Position numbers and translations under genes: made by a program. From IMG/VR virus record IMGVR_UViG_3300023079_000004, positions 1 to 62,375 of that record: a DNA stretch of 62,375 nucleotides. The stretch is one strand, 5' to 3'. The stretch comes from a virus. Lineage: Duplodnaviria > Caudoviricetes. The notes under the pieces are model-generated. The model made no database searches and was not told the origin of the DNA. It saw nothing but the letters and a program-made list of their open reading frames with translations. Position 1 is the first letter of the stretch, and each line of letters starts with the position of its first letter. Below are positions 9,071 to 18,917 of this stretch, piece after piece.

Positions 9071-9318
9071 TGGACGCCCAGGCGGCGGAGGCCGCTCTGC
9101 AACGCGCCATCACGGACGCACTGGAGTCGGCTGGGTATTTGGGCTCTGAAGCCATCCTGGGCGACTGGCACGTGATGTGCGAGGTGACCAATCTCAGCGA
9201 GCAGGGCAAGACGCAGTACGTCAACATCATCCCGGGCATTAACGGGGTTCCCATGCATCGGGTCAAGGGGCTCATCGAGGTCTGTGCGGAGATGCTGGAC
9301 GAGCAGCAGGAGGAGTGA
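9067..9318 (+). CDS. Hypothetical protein
   Basis: GGAGGAG RBS; coupled on both sides. Confidence 0.75.
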   Translation: MMDAQAAEAALQRAITDALESAGYLGSEAILGDWHVMCEVTNLSEQGKTQYVNIIPGINGVPMHRVKGLIEVCAEMLDEQQEE

Positions 9319-10232
9319 TGGCGCAGCCTGCGTACGACCCACGCCAACCGCTGCTGGATGTCATCGCGCAGAGCAACCTCACCGTCGCCGAGCTGAACCA
9401 GATGCTGCGGGACGGCGCGGACGAGATCGACCGCCTGCTCCCCAAGCTCATCGAGAAGCACACCACTGGTGCCAGCATCAAAGCGGCGCAACTGGCCCTG
9501 GTGCGCAAGGAGCTGCGGGCGGTGCAATCGGCTCTGTGGGGCGATCTGGGGCGCTCGATACGTTCGGGGGTAGAGGCGGCGGCCCTCAAGGCTGCGGTGG
9601 CCGCAGAGGGGCCGCTGTGGGCATGGCTCGCCCAGTACGGCCTCGACATGCCGCATCTACGAGCGGCCAACCTCGCGACGGCCAAACAGGGGCTCCCGGC
9701 ACTGCTGGCGAAGGCAGCGAACGGCATCCCGCTGGCGCGGAGCGTCTACAAGGCGCAGGCGCTGGCCATGGGTCTAGTCGATCGCAAGGTGAGCCAGGGT
9801 CTGCTCCTCGGCAACAACGCCAAGACCATCGCCAAAAGCGTCAAGGACATGATCCGCCCGGACGTGCGCGGGGGTGTGAGCTACGCCGCGCATCGACTGG
9901 CCCGAACGGAGATCAACAATGCCTACAAGACCAGCCAGGAGCAGCGCTACCAGGACGAGCCGTGGGTCAGAGGCATGCGCTGGAACCTCAGTCGCACCCA
10001 CCCTCAGCCAGACGAGTGCAACACCTACGCCCAGCAGGATCTTCATGACCTGGGGCACGGTGTATACCCCGTCGGTCACCGGCCGAGATCTCATCCCAAC
10101 TGTTTCTGCTACTTGACGGCGGAGACCATCGACGAGGACGAGTTCGAAGAGCGCTTCCTGGCGGGCGAGTACAACTACCACCTCGACAAGAAGATGTACG
10201 GAGCCGGAGTGGAGGGGCTGCCATGCCCGTGA
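9315..10232 (+). CDS. MuF-like minor capsid / head morphogenesis protein
   Basis: RLARTE, D.C and HPNCFC motifs; located after the portal. Confidence 0.9.
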   Translation: MMAQPAYDPRQPLLDVIAQSNLTVAELNQMLRDGADEIDRLLPKLIEKHTTGASIKAAQLALVRKELRAVQSALWGDLGRSIRSGVEAAALKAAVAAEGPLWAWLAQYGLDMPHLRAANLATAKQGLPALLAKAANGIPLARSVYKAQALAMGLVDRKVSQGLLLGNNAKTIAKSVKDMIRPDVRGGVSYAAHRLARTEINNAYKTSQEQRYQDEPWVRGMRWNLSRTHPQPDECNTYAQQDLHDLGHGVYPVGHRPRSHPNCFCYLTAETIDEDEFEERFLAGEYNYHLDKKMYGAGVEGLPCP

Positions 10233-12766
10233 ACTTCGTCAACCCGTACAGCGGAGAGAGCGAGGAAACGTGCTCGGTTACCTTCGGCGTTCAGCAGCAG
10301 GCCGTGGGGGACACCGGCAGCAAGCAGACCGAAGCCCAGTTCAACAAGAGCAAGCTCCTGGGGGAGCTGGGTGTCATCGTTGCCAAGATGGAGAAAGGCG
10401 AGATACCCAAGGGCACCAAGGTTCTCACGTACAGCAACACTGACGGCAGCCGGGGGTTCTTCTACGTGCAGAACAACTCCCTGTGGCACAAGGCATACGG
10501 CAAGAACGGCAAGGGCACTTTCAACGGCAGCTCCGACGCCGAGTACGCCATCGATATCATCAACGACGGCAAGAGCACGGTGGCCATCCCGCAGTCGGTC
10601 AGTGCTGCACCGAAGCCGGAGCCCGTGCCTATCGATGCCTCGTACATCAGCAAAGCGACGATAAACCCGATGTCGATCGGGGAACCGGGGACGCCGCTTG
10701 CCGTCAATGCGGCGGGGGACTACATCGTTTACAACGTGGGGGCCGACTGGTTCGAGCACTACACCCTGACAGATAACGGTCCGGCCGTGTGGAAGACCAG
10801 TTACCAAGTGGCCACCCTCGTGAAGGACGGCCAGTGGTATCTCCCGGACAAGAAGAAGACGACCCCAAAGGCAACCCCGAAGACGGAGGCACCCGCCCCC
10901 GCCCTCTCCTCGCAGATAGCTGCGGCGACCGAGAAGTCACCGGTGAACCCCGGTAGTGCGAGCGTCGGCAGCATGAGCAACGAAGACGTGTCCGCCATGT
11001 TCGTCAAGATCAAGGACGACCTTGCCAAGGAGAAGGGGCTCAACGTCAAGGGGGCGAATGCGGAGCTGGACGCGTTGGTCTATCAGGCCATCGGCGACAA
11101 GACGGGGTACACCTCGGCAGAGGTCAAGGGGAAGATCGACGCGTACAAGGCCACTGGTGCCAAGCTCAGTGCACTGAAGAAGAAGGTGATGAGCGGCAAT
11201 TACACCGTGCCGGAGGGCAAGCCGCAGAAGACCAAAGCTTCTCCTGCCGCCCCACTCAACACTGCGGTGCACACCAGTACCCCCGCCAAGGACCCGCAGC
11301 CGAACGGTGTTCCGACGACCGCCACGCCGAAGCTCGCGGAGGAGGTCAAGGCCGTTGTCCAGGGCGCGGTGAACAAGAACCCGAGCAAGGTCTACAGCGA
11401 CGAGGACCTTGCGGCGCAGTACATCATGCGCAAGGACGAGATCGTAGCCAGCAATACGAAGGGCTGGACGCTCTACACGAAAAACCCGGACTTCGACAAG
11501 GCCATCTACGACGCCATCGCTGCGAAGACGGGGGTGGGGGAGCTCGCGGCCAAGCAGCACATTGCCAACTATCTCGGTAGCGGCAAGAAGCTCAGCGTGC
11601 TGAAGAAGCAGTTGGCCAAGCAGGGAGCCTTCACGCAGAAGGCGGACACGCTGAAGAAGAGTGGCGTTGCCAAGACGTTGGCCGACAAGAAGAAGGACGT
11701 GGAGGCCAAAGCAGACGCCGGGTACACGCCGACGCCGACGCCAGCAACCGGCAAGCCGCCTGTCGACACCGGCAAACCTGCCCCGAAGCGTGTAGTGGCG
11801 GAGGCGCAGGAGTCCGGAGACATCTCCGGCATCCCGGACAACGTCAAGGCTCTCTACTACCAGAAGTTCAAGGCCCAGGGTGCCAAAGCGTATCTGTCCA
11901 GCTCGGAGGGGGAGATCTACGAAGCCCTCCTCGCCGTGCAGAAGCAGATGAAGTTCTTTGGTCACAGCAAGAACGTGACCCTGTTGCAGCTTCTGCGGTC
12001 CATTGACGAGCAGGGTGCCCTCAAGTTCAACGCGGACAACGCCAAGCTCTTCGAGAAAAAGGTGGCCACATGGCTCACCACTCCCGAGGGCACTTCGTAC
12101 ATCAAGAAGCAGGTCGAAGCAGCCAAGAAGGCGGAGGAGGTTGCTAAGGCCGCCAAGGAGATGGAGGACAATCAGCCTCCCCTCCCGGCGGACAGCACGC
12201 AGTATCAGCCGTGGGAACTTGACAAGGCTGTCCGCATCAGTCGAACGTGGCTGAGTGCCAAGCCCTGGACCGACCGCGAGAAGAGGGACCTGAAGTACTA
12301 CACCGGGAGCGCCTTCGTCGAAATGAACGGGCACTTGCGGGAGGGCAAGGCCATTGACCAGCGGGGCAAGAACGCCATCGAGGGTGCAAAGGACGGCATG
12401 CGTCCGACAACAGAGCCCATTCTGGTTCGGCGGGGAACCGGCCTCGGGCAGTTCACCAGTCTCGGCATCAGAAATAGAGAGCCGAATCAGAACTTGATGT
12501 GGGGCATTACCGGGAAGACCTTCAAGGACGAGGGCTTTCTGAGCACGAGCGCCGGTGGGCAGGCTGCCTTCGGCGGAGCGGCCCGGCTGGAGATCGAGTG
12601 TCCGGTCGGCACCCCGATGGCGTACGTGGCACCCATCTCCAAGTACCCGCACGAGAACGAGATGCTGTTGCAGGCGGGGATGGAATACAAGGTGCTGAAC
12701 GTCCGCAGAGAGAACGGCACATGGGTCGTACGCATGCGCGTTGTCAACTGGCCCGGTAAGGAGTGA
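10223..12766 (+). CDS. Large protein with C-terminal VIP2/Alt-type ADP-ribosyltransferase domain
   Basis: YT...MNGHLR, LVRRG, GFLSTS and ENEMLL give an intact R-S-ExE triad. Confidence 0.9.
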   Translation: MPVNFVNPYSGESEETCSVTFGVQQQAVGDTGSKQTEAQFNKSKLLGELGVIVAKMEKGEIPKGTKVLTYSNTDGSRGFFYVQNNSLWHKAYGKNGKGTFNGSSDAEYAIDIINDGKSTVAIPQSVSAAPKPEPVPIDASYISKATINPMSIGEPGTPLAVNAAGDYIVYNVGADWFEHYTLTDNGPAVWKTSYQVATLVKDGQWYLPDKKKTTPKATPKTEAPAPALSSQIAAATEKSPVNPGSASVGSMSNEDVSAMFVKIKDDLAKEKGLNVKGANAELDALVYQAIGDKTGYTSAEVKGKIDAYKATGAKLSALKKKVMSGNYTVPEGKPQKTKASPAAPLNTAVHTSTPAKDPQPNGVPTTATPKLAEEVKAVVQGAVNKNPSKVYSDEDLAAQYIMRKDEIVASNTKGWTLYTKNPDFDKAIYDAIAAKTGVGELAAKQHIANYLGSGKKLSVLKKQLAKQGAFTQKADTLKKSGVAKTLADKKKDVEAKADAGYTPTPTPATGKPPVDTGKPAPKRVVAEAQESGDISGIPDNVKALYYQKFKAQGAKAYLSSSEGEIYEALLAVQKQMKFFGHSKNVTLLQLLRSIDEQGALKFNADNAKLFEKKVATWLTTPEGTSYIKKQVEAAKKAEEVAKAAKEMEDNQPPLPADSTQYQPWELDKAVRISRTWLSAKPWTDREKRDLKYYTGSAFVEMNGHLREGKAIDQRGKNAIEGAKDGMRPTTEPILVRRGTGLGQFTSLGIRNREPNQNLMWGITGKTFKDEGFLSTSAGGQAAFGGAARLEIECPVGTPMAYVAPISKYPHENEMLLQAGMEYKVLNVRRENGTWVVRMRVVNWPGKE

Positions 12767-12768
12767 CC

Positions 12769-12930
12769 ATGCCGCAAGGCAAGAAGGAACCAAGCCCACT
12801 GACGGACCCCGACAACGACCCTGTATTCGTCGATGTCACACCGCCCGAAGAAGAAGGCATGAGCGTTGAGGACGCGTACCGGCTACTGTCCGGGATGCCG
12901 CCAGAACCCGTTCTAGAGCCGGAGGAGTAG
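12769..12930 (+). CDS. Small acidic protein (53 aa), candidate ART partner
   Basis: TAAGGAG RBS; MPQGKKEPSPLTDPDNDPVFVD...; fills the gap exactly. Below the ORF-track cutoff. Confidence 0.65.
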   Translation: MPQGKKEPSPLTDPDNDPVFVDVTPPEEEGMSVEDAYRLLSGMPPEPVLEPEE

Positions 12931-12932
12931 AG

Positions 12933-14000
12933 ATGGCAACGTTTCCCGAGGGGCTCACCCTCCAGACCTTGACGGGGAGTGTGGACCCCGGGAGCACGGT
13001 GAGCTTCACGATCCCGGTGTGGCTCATTGGCCCCACCGACGACATGGTCTATCGGCCGCGCATCATCTCGGCGACGGTAGACAGCGCTGGAGAGTTCACC
13101 GTCCAGCTCCCGGCGACCGACGACCCGCAGTGGACGCCCTTCCAGTACGGCGTCCGCATCTACAGCGAGGGGTCGGTGCTCAAGGGCGCGCTGAGCCTGC
13201 CGAAGGCGGCTGGCCCGTACGACCTCGCGGACCTGCTCATCACGGGGCAGGCACCGCAGGAACAGGCGGTGGACTACCTCGACGTCAGCGACATCGGGTC
13301 GCGGGTGCCGGGGCTGGTGGGCGGCCTCGTGCCGGAGGAGTATCTGCCGGAGCTGAGCGCGGGTTCGGTGGCGTGGGCGGACGTGACGGGCAAGCCTGCC
13401 ACCTTCCCGCCGAGCGCACACACGCACGTCGTGGCGGACGTCACAGGGCTCCAGGGTTCCCTCGACGGGCTGACCACCATGGTTGGTGGGCTGGACACCG
13501 CCCTGGACGAACTTGATGCCCGGGTTGAGGACCTGGAGGCCGCTCCGGCTGCGCAGGCTCCGACGGTTGTGCGGGCGGTGGTGACCAGCGGGGACTTCCC
13601 GGCGGCGAACCATGCGTCCTTCACGCCGGTGTCCGGCCTCACCCTGGCCCTCCCCGCTTCCGCAGGAGACGAGGTTGAGCTCGTCGTGTCCTGCATGCTG
13701 AACAACACCGGCGTCTCGGACTTCTGGGAGGCGTGTGTCCTGGTGGGTGGCGTGGCCGTGCGCTACGGGTCCACGAACACCGGCTCGCCGAGCCCCGATG
13801 GAGACCCTTCGATCTACCCGAGTACCAACGTGACCTTCCGCGGTTCTACCATCGTCTTCGGCTTCACGGTGCAGCCGGGCGATCTGGACGGTGGCAACGT
13901 CGTCTTCGGAATGGCGCAGAAGGGAAGCGGGAACGCAGCGGCGAAAATCTACGCTGACGCGACGTGGCCGTTCCGGTGGCGGGCCATTAATCTCCACTGA
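12933..14000 (+). CDS. Virion fibre-like structural protein
   Basis: WADVTGKPATFPPSAHTH..ADVTGL fibre repeat, coiled coil, beta-rich C-terminus. Confidence 0.7.
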   Translation: MATFPEGLTLQTLTGSVDPGSTVSFTIPVWLIGPTDDMVYRPRIISATVDSAGEFTVQLPATDDPQWTPFQYGVRIYSEGSVLKGALSLPKAAGPYDLADLLITGQAPQEQAVDYLDVSDIGSRVPGLVGGLVPEEYLPELSAGSVAWADVTGKPATFPPSAHTHVVADVTGLQGSLDGLTTMVGGLDTALDELDARVEDLEAAPAAQAPTVVRAVVTSGDFPAANHASFTPVSGLTLALPASAGDEVELVVSCMLNNTGVSDFWEACVLVGGVAVRYGSTNTGSPSPDGDPSIYPSTNVTFRGSTIVFGFTVQPGDLDGGNVVFGMAQKGSGNAAAKIYADATWPFRWRAINLH

Positions 14001-14135
14001 AGAGCAGGCCGTCGGCTGCCTAGGATTGCTAGATGGGCACTCGGCGGCCTGCGGTATGCTTCCATTAGCGAGCGCACAGAGCGGCGCGGTCCGGGCACAG
14101 TGCGGCCCGAAACCCCACACAGTTAGGCGACTGCA

Positions 14136-14843
14136 ATGACGAAGACCCAGAACGACCCGCTGAAGCCGAACTCCCTGCCCCGCAAGGCCGGAACCGTGCT
14201 CGAGCCACTGTTCACGTGGCACGGCATGGACATTTACCCGGTCTTCGGAGCCAGTCAGCCCACCGGAGAGCCGGACGGAGAGCCGGACGAGGATGAGGAA
14301 GACGAGACCGGGGAGGGCGGGAACGACGGCGGCAGTGCCAAAGAGGAGACCGTCAGTCGGGCGGACTTCCTTGCGCTGCAACGGCAGCTCAGTGCTGCCG
14401 ACAAGAAGCGCAACGAGGCCGAAGCTCGCCTGAAGGAGCTGGACGATGCCCAGAAGGACGAGCTCACGAGGGCCACGGAGAAGGTCACTGAGCTCGAGAA
14501 GCAGCGGGAGGCGGACGCGCGTACCATCGCGGACCTCCAGTTGCAGAACGCTTTCCTGACGGCGGAGACGGACCTCGAGTGGCACGATCCCGGCGACGCT
14601 CTTGCGCTCGCCGAGCGTAAGGGCTATCTCGACGGGGTGGTCGTGGAAGGCAAGGTCGACGGCCGCGTGCTGGCGACCAAGCTGAAGGAGATGGCGAAGG
14701 CCCACTCCTATCTCGTCAAGAGCAGCACTGATCAAGACGACAAGCCGCCCGTGCGCACCGGAGCCCCGGTGGGTGGCAAGACGAAGCAGAGGAAGGCGGA
14801 CGAGCCCGACCTCGGTCGGTACGGCCGGTTCCTCAACAAGTAG
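14136..14843 (+). CDS. Capsid scaffolding protein
   Basis: Acidic N-terminal region and coiled coil; upstream of the capsid genes. Confidence 0.8.
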   Translation: MTKTQNDPLKPNSLPRKAGTVLEPLFTWHGMDIYPVFGASQPTGEPDGEPDEDEEDETGEGGNDGGSAKEETVSRADFLALQRQLSAADKKRNEAEARLKELDDAQKDELTRATEKVTELEKQREADARTIADLQLQNAFLTAETDLEWHDPGDALALAERKGYLDGVVVEGKVDGRVLATKLKEMAKAHSYLVKSSTDQDDKPPVRTGAPVGGKTKQRKADEPDLGRYGRFLNK

Positions 14844-14860
14844 CAGAAGGGAGATCTCGC

Positions 14861-15247
14861 GTGGCGAGGTACGACAAGTACGAGCCGCTCACCGGTGGGT
14901 TTCGCGCGCCGCTGAACGCCAACTGGCTCCAGGCCGACCTGAACAAGGTGGTGGGTGTCAGCCTGAACGCCAGCGGCAAGGTCGTCAAGGGGACGGCCGG
15001 GCAGAGTGGTTTCGTGGGCGTGGTGTGCCTGACGAAGCTGCTCAACGCGAACGACATCGTGGACGTCATGCAGGACGGCGAGATCGTCGAGCTGACGGGC
15101 CTCGCGGCGGGCACGGCGTACTACATGCCGTCCAGCGGTGACGGCGTCAACACCACCAACACCAACCCCAAGGTCGGGTGGACGGTCGAGGCGTCTCGCA
15201 TGATCGTCCGCTGCAACGTGACCGGCGACGTCATCGGGACGGCCTGA
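14861..15247 (+). CDS. Capsid decoration / minor capsid protein
   Basis: 128 aa beta-rich protein between scaffold and major capsid; GL.AG..YY motif. Confidence 0.7.
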   Translation: MARYDKYEPLTGGFRAPLNANWLQADLNKVVGVSLNASGKVVKGTAGQSGFVGVVCLTKLLNANDIVDVMQDGEIVELTGLAAGTAYYMPSSGDGVNTTNTNPKVGWTVEASRMIVRCNVTGDVIGTA

Positions 15248-15248
15248 C

Positions 15249-16517
15249 ATGACCATCATGACTCTTCCGACGCGAGAGCGGCTGTTCCTCCCGGGCCAGA
15301 TGGTGGACCCGGCGCGCAAGGTCAAGGGGGCCTTCAACCTCCTGGCCGACAAGGGCTTCCGGCGCGAGCTGGGCCTGGACGTCCTTCCCTACGGCTCGAG
15401 CCAGCCCACCGGTTTCCACACCGAGGGCGACGTCATTCGGGCGACCACCAACGGGGTGGACACCAACGCCCTGTGGCGGGAGTTCCAGGCCGTCTTGGCG
15501 CGTCTGAACGCCGGACGCCAGCCGCTGGTGGACTTGCTCACGTACACCGTGACCGAGCCCATCGTGACCATCCCACAGGTCGGCTCCAGCGCCAACTTCG
15601 AGAAGGCGTCGGAGTTCGGTGTGCCGGTCGCGGTGCGGACCGGCGTCGGGTACTTCCAGCTCGGCTTCGCGTTCGACTGGTACGACACCGGTGCCCGGTA
15701 CACCTGGAAGTACCTCGCCGAGGCGAGCGACGACCAGATCCGCAGCGTCTTCGACACGATCCTCGAGGCGGACAACCGCCTGGTCTTCAACGAGATCATG
15801 CGGACGCTGTACCGGAACACCAACCGCACGGCCGACATCAACGGCAGCGCGTACAACGTCTACACGTTCTACAACAACGACGGCACCACGCCGCCGTCGT
15901 ACGGCGTCAACACGTTCACCAGCTCGCACAACCACTACGTCACGAGCGGCGCGGCCACCATCACCAGCGGTGACCTCGACGAGGCCCAGGACGATCTGGC
16001 GGCTCACGGCTACAGCAACGCCAACGGCTACCAGATCCTGCATCTCGTGAACAAGCAGGAGTCGGCAACGATTCGCACCTTCAAGAGCACCGTCAACGGC
16101 GGGACCGCGCGCTGGGACTTCATCCCGGCGCAGGGCACCCCGCAGTGGCTGCTCCCGGTGCAGCTCTCGACGAACCAGAACGGCGTTCCGCAGCCCGGTG
16201 CGACGTACCGGGGCTTCAAGGTCCTCGGCCAGTACGGCGACGGCCTCATCCTCGAGAACGACTACTTCGTCCCCGGCTACGTGGTCACCACGGCAACCGG
16301 CGGCCAGGAGTCGGTCGCGGCCCCGATCGGCTTCCGCGAGCACGCGCGACCGGAGCTGCGGGGCATGCGGATGGTCAAGGGTCGGGACCCCGACTACCCG
16401 CTCCAGGACTCCTACTGGCAGCGCGGTTTCGGCACCGGCGTGCGACACCGGGGCGCGACGTACGTGATGCAGATCACGGCGAGCGGCAGCTACACCATCC
16501 CGAGCACGTACGCCTGA
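15249..16517 (+). CDS. Major capsid protein
   Basis: 422 aa; position; FEKASEFG.P motif; strongly biased codons. Confidence 0.85.
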   Translation: MTIMTLPTRERLFLPGQMVDPARKVKGAFNLLADKGFRRELGLDVLPYGSSQPTGFHTEGDVIRATTNGVDTNALWREFQAVLARLNAGRQPLVDLLTYTVTEPIVTIPQVGSSANFEKASEFGVPVAVRTGVGYFQLGFAFDWYDTGARYTWKYLAEASDDQIRSVFDTILEADNRLVFNEIMRTLYRNTNRTADINGSAYNVYTFYNNDGTTPPSYGVNTFTSSHNHYVTSGAATITSGDLDEAQDDLAAHGYSNANGYQILHLVNKQESATIRTFKSTVNGGTARWDFIPAQGTPQWLLPVQLSTNQNGVPQPGATYRGFKVLGQYGDGLILENDYFVPGYVVTTATGGQESVAAPIGFREHARPELRGMRMVKGRDPDYPLQDSYWQRGFGTGVRHRGATYVMQITASGSYTIPSTYA

Positions 16518-16521
16518 AGCT

Positions 16522-16574
16522 GAGGGTGGGGAGGCTGCACTCACGCAGTCGCCGGGTAACGCCTCCCCACCCTC
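16522..16574 (+). terminator. Long stem structure after the capsid gene (terminator, attenuator or stabiliser)
   Basis: GAGGGTGGGGAGGC / GCCTCCCCACCCTC 14-bp perfect stem; no U tract. Confidence 0.55.
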
Positions 16575-16597
16575 CCCTTCCGCAGAAAGGAGCCACC

Positions 16598-17128
16598 ATG
16601 GCGCGGGAGATCGACTGGTCCAAGCCGCTGAGCGACGAGGACCGTACCTGGGCCGAGCAGCGTCTCGACATGCCCAGCGGCAGCAACGGTCTGACCATCG
16701 GTCAGCAGATCGCCAGGAACGACGAGGAGCACGGCAAGGCCGCGAAGGACGCCCGCATGTCTCGTTCGGAGCGCATGGACGTCCTCCGATCGGGCATCGC
16801 CGAGTCCCAGAACGAGCTCGCTCGGCTCGAGCAGGAGCAGATCGAAGAGGACAACGAGAACCGGGCGCGGGCCGGGAGCCTCGGTGAGCAGGCCGCCGGT
16901 CTCGGCTTCACCGACAACACCCCGGTGAACGGCGAGAAGCCGGAGGGTGCGCCGGAGCCGTCGGACGACTACGACGACACGAAGAAGTGGACGGTGCAGT
17001 CGCTCCAGGCCGAGATCGACCGGCGGAACGAGGACGGTGCCGAGCTGCGTCGGACTGGCACCCGGAGCGAGCTCGTCGAGCGCCTGCGGGCCGACGACGA
17101 GGAGCTCCAGAAGTCCGAGGGGGCCTGA
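16598..17128 (+). CDS. Hypothetical protein with C-terminal SAP/HeH-like motif
   Basis: AAAGGAG RBS; WTVQSLQAEI...TGTRSELVERL. Confidence 0.75.
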   Translation: MAREIDWSKPLSDEDRTWAEQRLDMPSGSNGLTIGQQIARNDEEHGKAAKDARMSRSERMDVLRSGIAESQNELARLEQEQIEEDNENRARAGSLGEQAAGLGFTDNTPVNGEKPEGAPEPSDDYDDTKKWTVQSLQAEIDRRNEDGAELRRTGTRSELVERLRADDEELQKSEGA

Positions 17129-17131
17129 CCC

Positions 17132-17449
17132 ATGGCCACCGCCGTCGAGGTTTCTGAACTGCGCGGCTTGATCGCTGAGCCGGACGAGAGCAATGGCTGG
17201 ACCGACGAGAAGCTGTCTTCCCTCATCGATGCGGGTGACACCCTCAACACTGTCGCGGCGAGCATCTGGACGACGAAGGCGGCAACCTTCGCGACTCTGG
17301 TGAACGTGAGCGAGAGTGGGTCCAGTCGTAATCTGAGCGATCTGCACAAGCAGGCTCTCAGCATGTCTCAGCACTTCGGCAGTCTCGACGGCGGTACCTC
17401 GGACGTGGACAGCACTACCATCGTTCGGCTTCGGAGAGGCTTCAGCTGA
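17132..17449 (+). CDS. Head-to-tail adaptor
   Basis: LRGLIAE...WTDE.L; size and position. Confidence 0.65.
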   Translation: MATAVEVSELRGLIAEPDESNGWTDEKLSSLIDAGDTLNTVAASIWTTKAATFATLVNVSESGSSRNLSDLHKQALSMSQHFGSLDGGTSDVDSTTIVRLRRGFS

Positions 17450-17826
17450 TGGCCATCCCCTCCGTCGAACTGGCTGCCCAGCGTGCCCTCACGAACGCGT
17501 TCGTGGCGGCCGACGCTGAGCCTCTCACGCTGTTCCGTAGCGAACGGATCAGCGATGGTGCGGGTGGTCAGGTCACTCAGCCCCCGGTGCCGGTAACCGT
17601 TCAGTTGCTCCGGTTCCAGCCTCGGCAGGACGGCGGGAGCCCGCGCATGACGGCCGACGGAGAGCAGGTGGTCCCCACCTACACGCTGGTCGGCAGGCAC
17701 ACGGCGGACATCGAGCGATGGGACGAGTTCGTTCTGAACGGGTCTCGGTATCAGGTCGTCTTCGTGTACGAGAACCGCCAGTACGAGGTCAAGGCGGAGG
17801 TGGCTTATCTTGGCGCGGGGGTTTAG
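17449..17826 (+). CDS. Head-to-tail stopper
   Basis: SDGAGG and DIERWDEF...Y.V pattern; position. Confidence 0.65.
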   Translation: MAIPSVELAAQRALTNAFVAADAEPLTLFRSERISDGAGGQVTQPPVPVTVQLLRFQPRQDGGSPRMTADGEQVVPTYTLVGRHTADIERWDEFVLNGSRYQVVFVYENRQYEVKAEVAYLGAGV

Positions 17827-18211
17827 GTTCACCCTCGGTGGGATGGACCATAAGATCGGTAAGTTCGACAATAAGGTCGAGCGGGCAGCGCTGGCCGTTG
17901 CCAGCTTCTACGCCCCGAAGACCGAGGCGTGGATGAAGCACAACGCCCCCTGGACAGACCGCACGACGAATGCTCGCAACGGCCTCTTCGCTCGTGCCCA
18001 GAAGGGCGTTAACCGTATCGCCATCATCCTCGGACATAGCGTGGACTACGGCATCTACCTCGAGCTGCCCACCAAGCACAGCAAGAAGACGACGCTGAGC
18101 GCCAGCGGCCTCTCGACGACGGGAGCCTATCCTATCATCCTTCCGGCTCTGGGGCACTGGGGGCCGAGGGTGATGAAGAAGATGTCACGCCTGATCGACA
18201 GGATGAGCTGA
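17810..18211 (+). CDS. HK97 gp10-like neck / tail completion protein
   Basis: APWTDRT..AR.GL, VDYGIYLE and Y.IILPAL. Confidence 0.75.
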   Translation: MARGFRFTLGGMDHKIGKFDNKVERAALAVASFYAPKTEAWMKHNAPWTDRTTNARNGLFARAQKGVNRIAIILGHSVDYGIYLELPTKHSKKTTLSASGLSTTGAYPIILPALGHWGPRVMKKMSRLIDRMS

Positions 18212-18597
18212 TGCGAAAGACCATGTATCAGTTCCTGGTGGCGCAGGCTCCGCTCCTCGCGGTGGTGCCAGTCTCGCGCTGGTATCAGGCCGGGAGCGTC
18301 GTGGACGTCCCCGTTAAGCCGTTCGCGGTGCTGCGGTGGTTGGCACCGGTACCGCTGGCCGTTGGCTTCGGCCGCCAGTTGCGTCTAGACGTCCACGATA
18401 CCCGGGGCAGCTACGCCAACATAGACACGTTCAATCGAGCCGCCACAGCGGCTCTCAAGTCTGTTGTCGACCTCGTCGGGGTTGACGGCCGCATCACGCA
18501 GTGCGACTTTCTGGGCAGCGGGGGAGACCAGGAAGACGATACCTACAAGACCAACTACAGCTTCACGAGCTGGCAAGTGATTGGAGTGGACCTGTGA
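18211..18597 (+). CDS. Tail terminator
   Basis: Size, position, KPFAVL motif. Confidence 0.6.
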   Translation: MRKTMYQFLVAQAPLLAVVPVSRWYQAGSVVDVPVKPFAVLRWLAPVPLAVGFGRQLRLDVHDTRGSYANIDTFNRAATAALKSVVDLVGVDGRITQCDFLGSGGDQEDDTYKTNYSFTSWQVIGVDL

Positions 18598-18917
18598 GCG
18601 ACCGCAAAGATGTGCTTCCGGAGGCCGACCCGGCGGTCGCCGCCGACGAGGCAGCCATGGCCGAAGACTCCGGCAAGACCTCGTACATCGAGTTCGTCGG
18701 ACAGGAGCCGCACGGCACCGAGTTCTACGGGTCGGCTGGAACGCACACCATCACCCGGAAGGACATCAAGGACGCCTGGGACCTGGACCTCGGCACGAAG
18801 GAGGTCGTGTGGCGGAAGGGCAGCAACGGTCGCTTCCTGGTGCCGGAGAGCTCCCTCCCCACGGAGGTGGCGGACCGGCTGGCGGCAGACCCGATGTTCA
18901 AGCGGGTCGACATCTAG
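18594..18917 (+). CDS. Hypothetical protein
   Basis: GTGA overlap; good codon usage. Confidence 0.65.
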   Translation: MSDRKDVLPEADPAVAADEAAMAEDSGKTSYIEFVGQEPHGTEFYGSAGTHTITRKDIKDAWDLDLGTKEVVWRKGSNGRFLVPESSLPTEVADRLAADPMFKRVDI

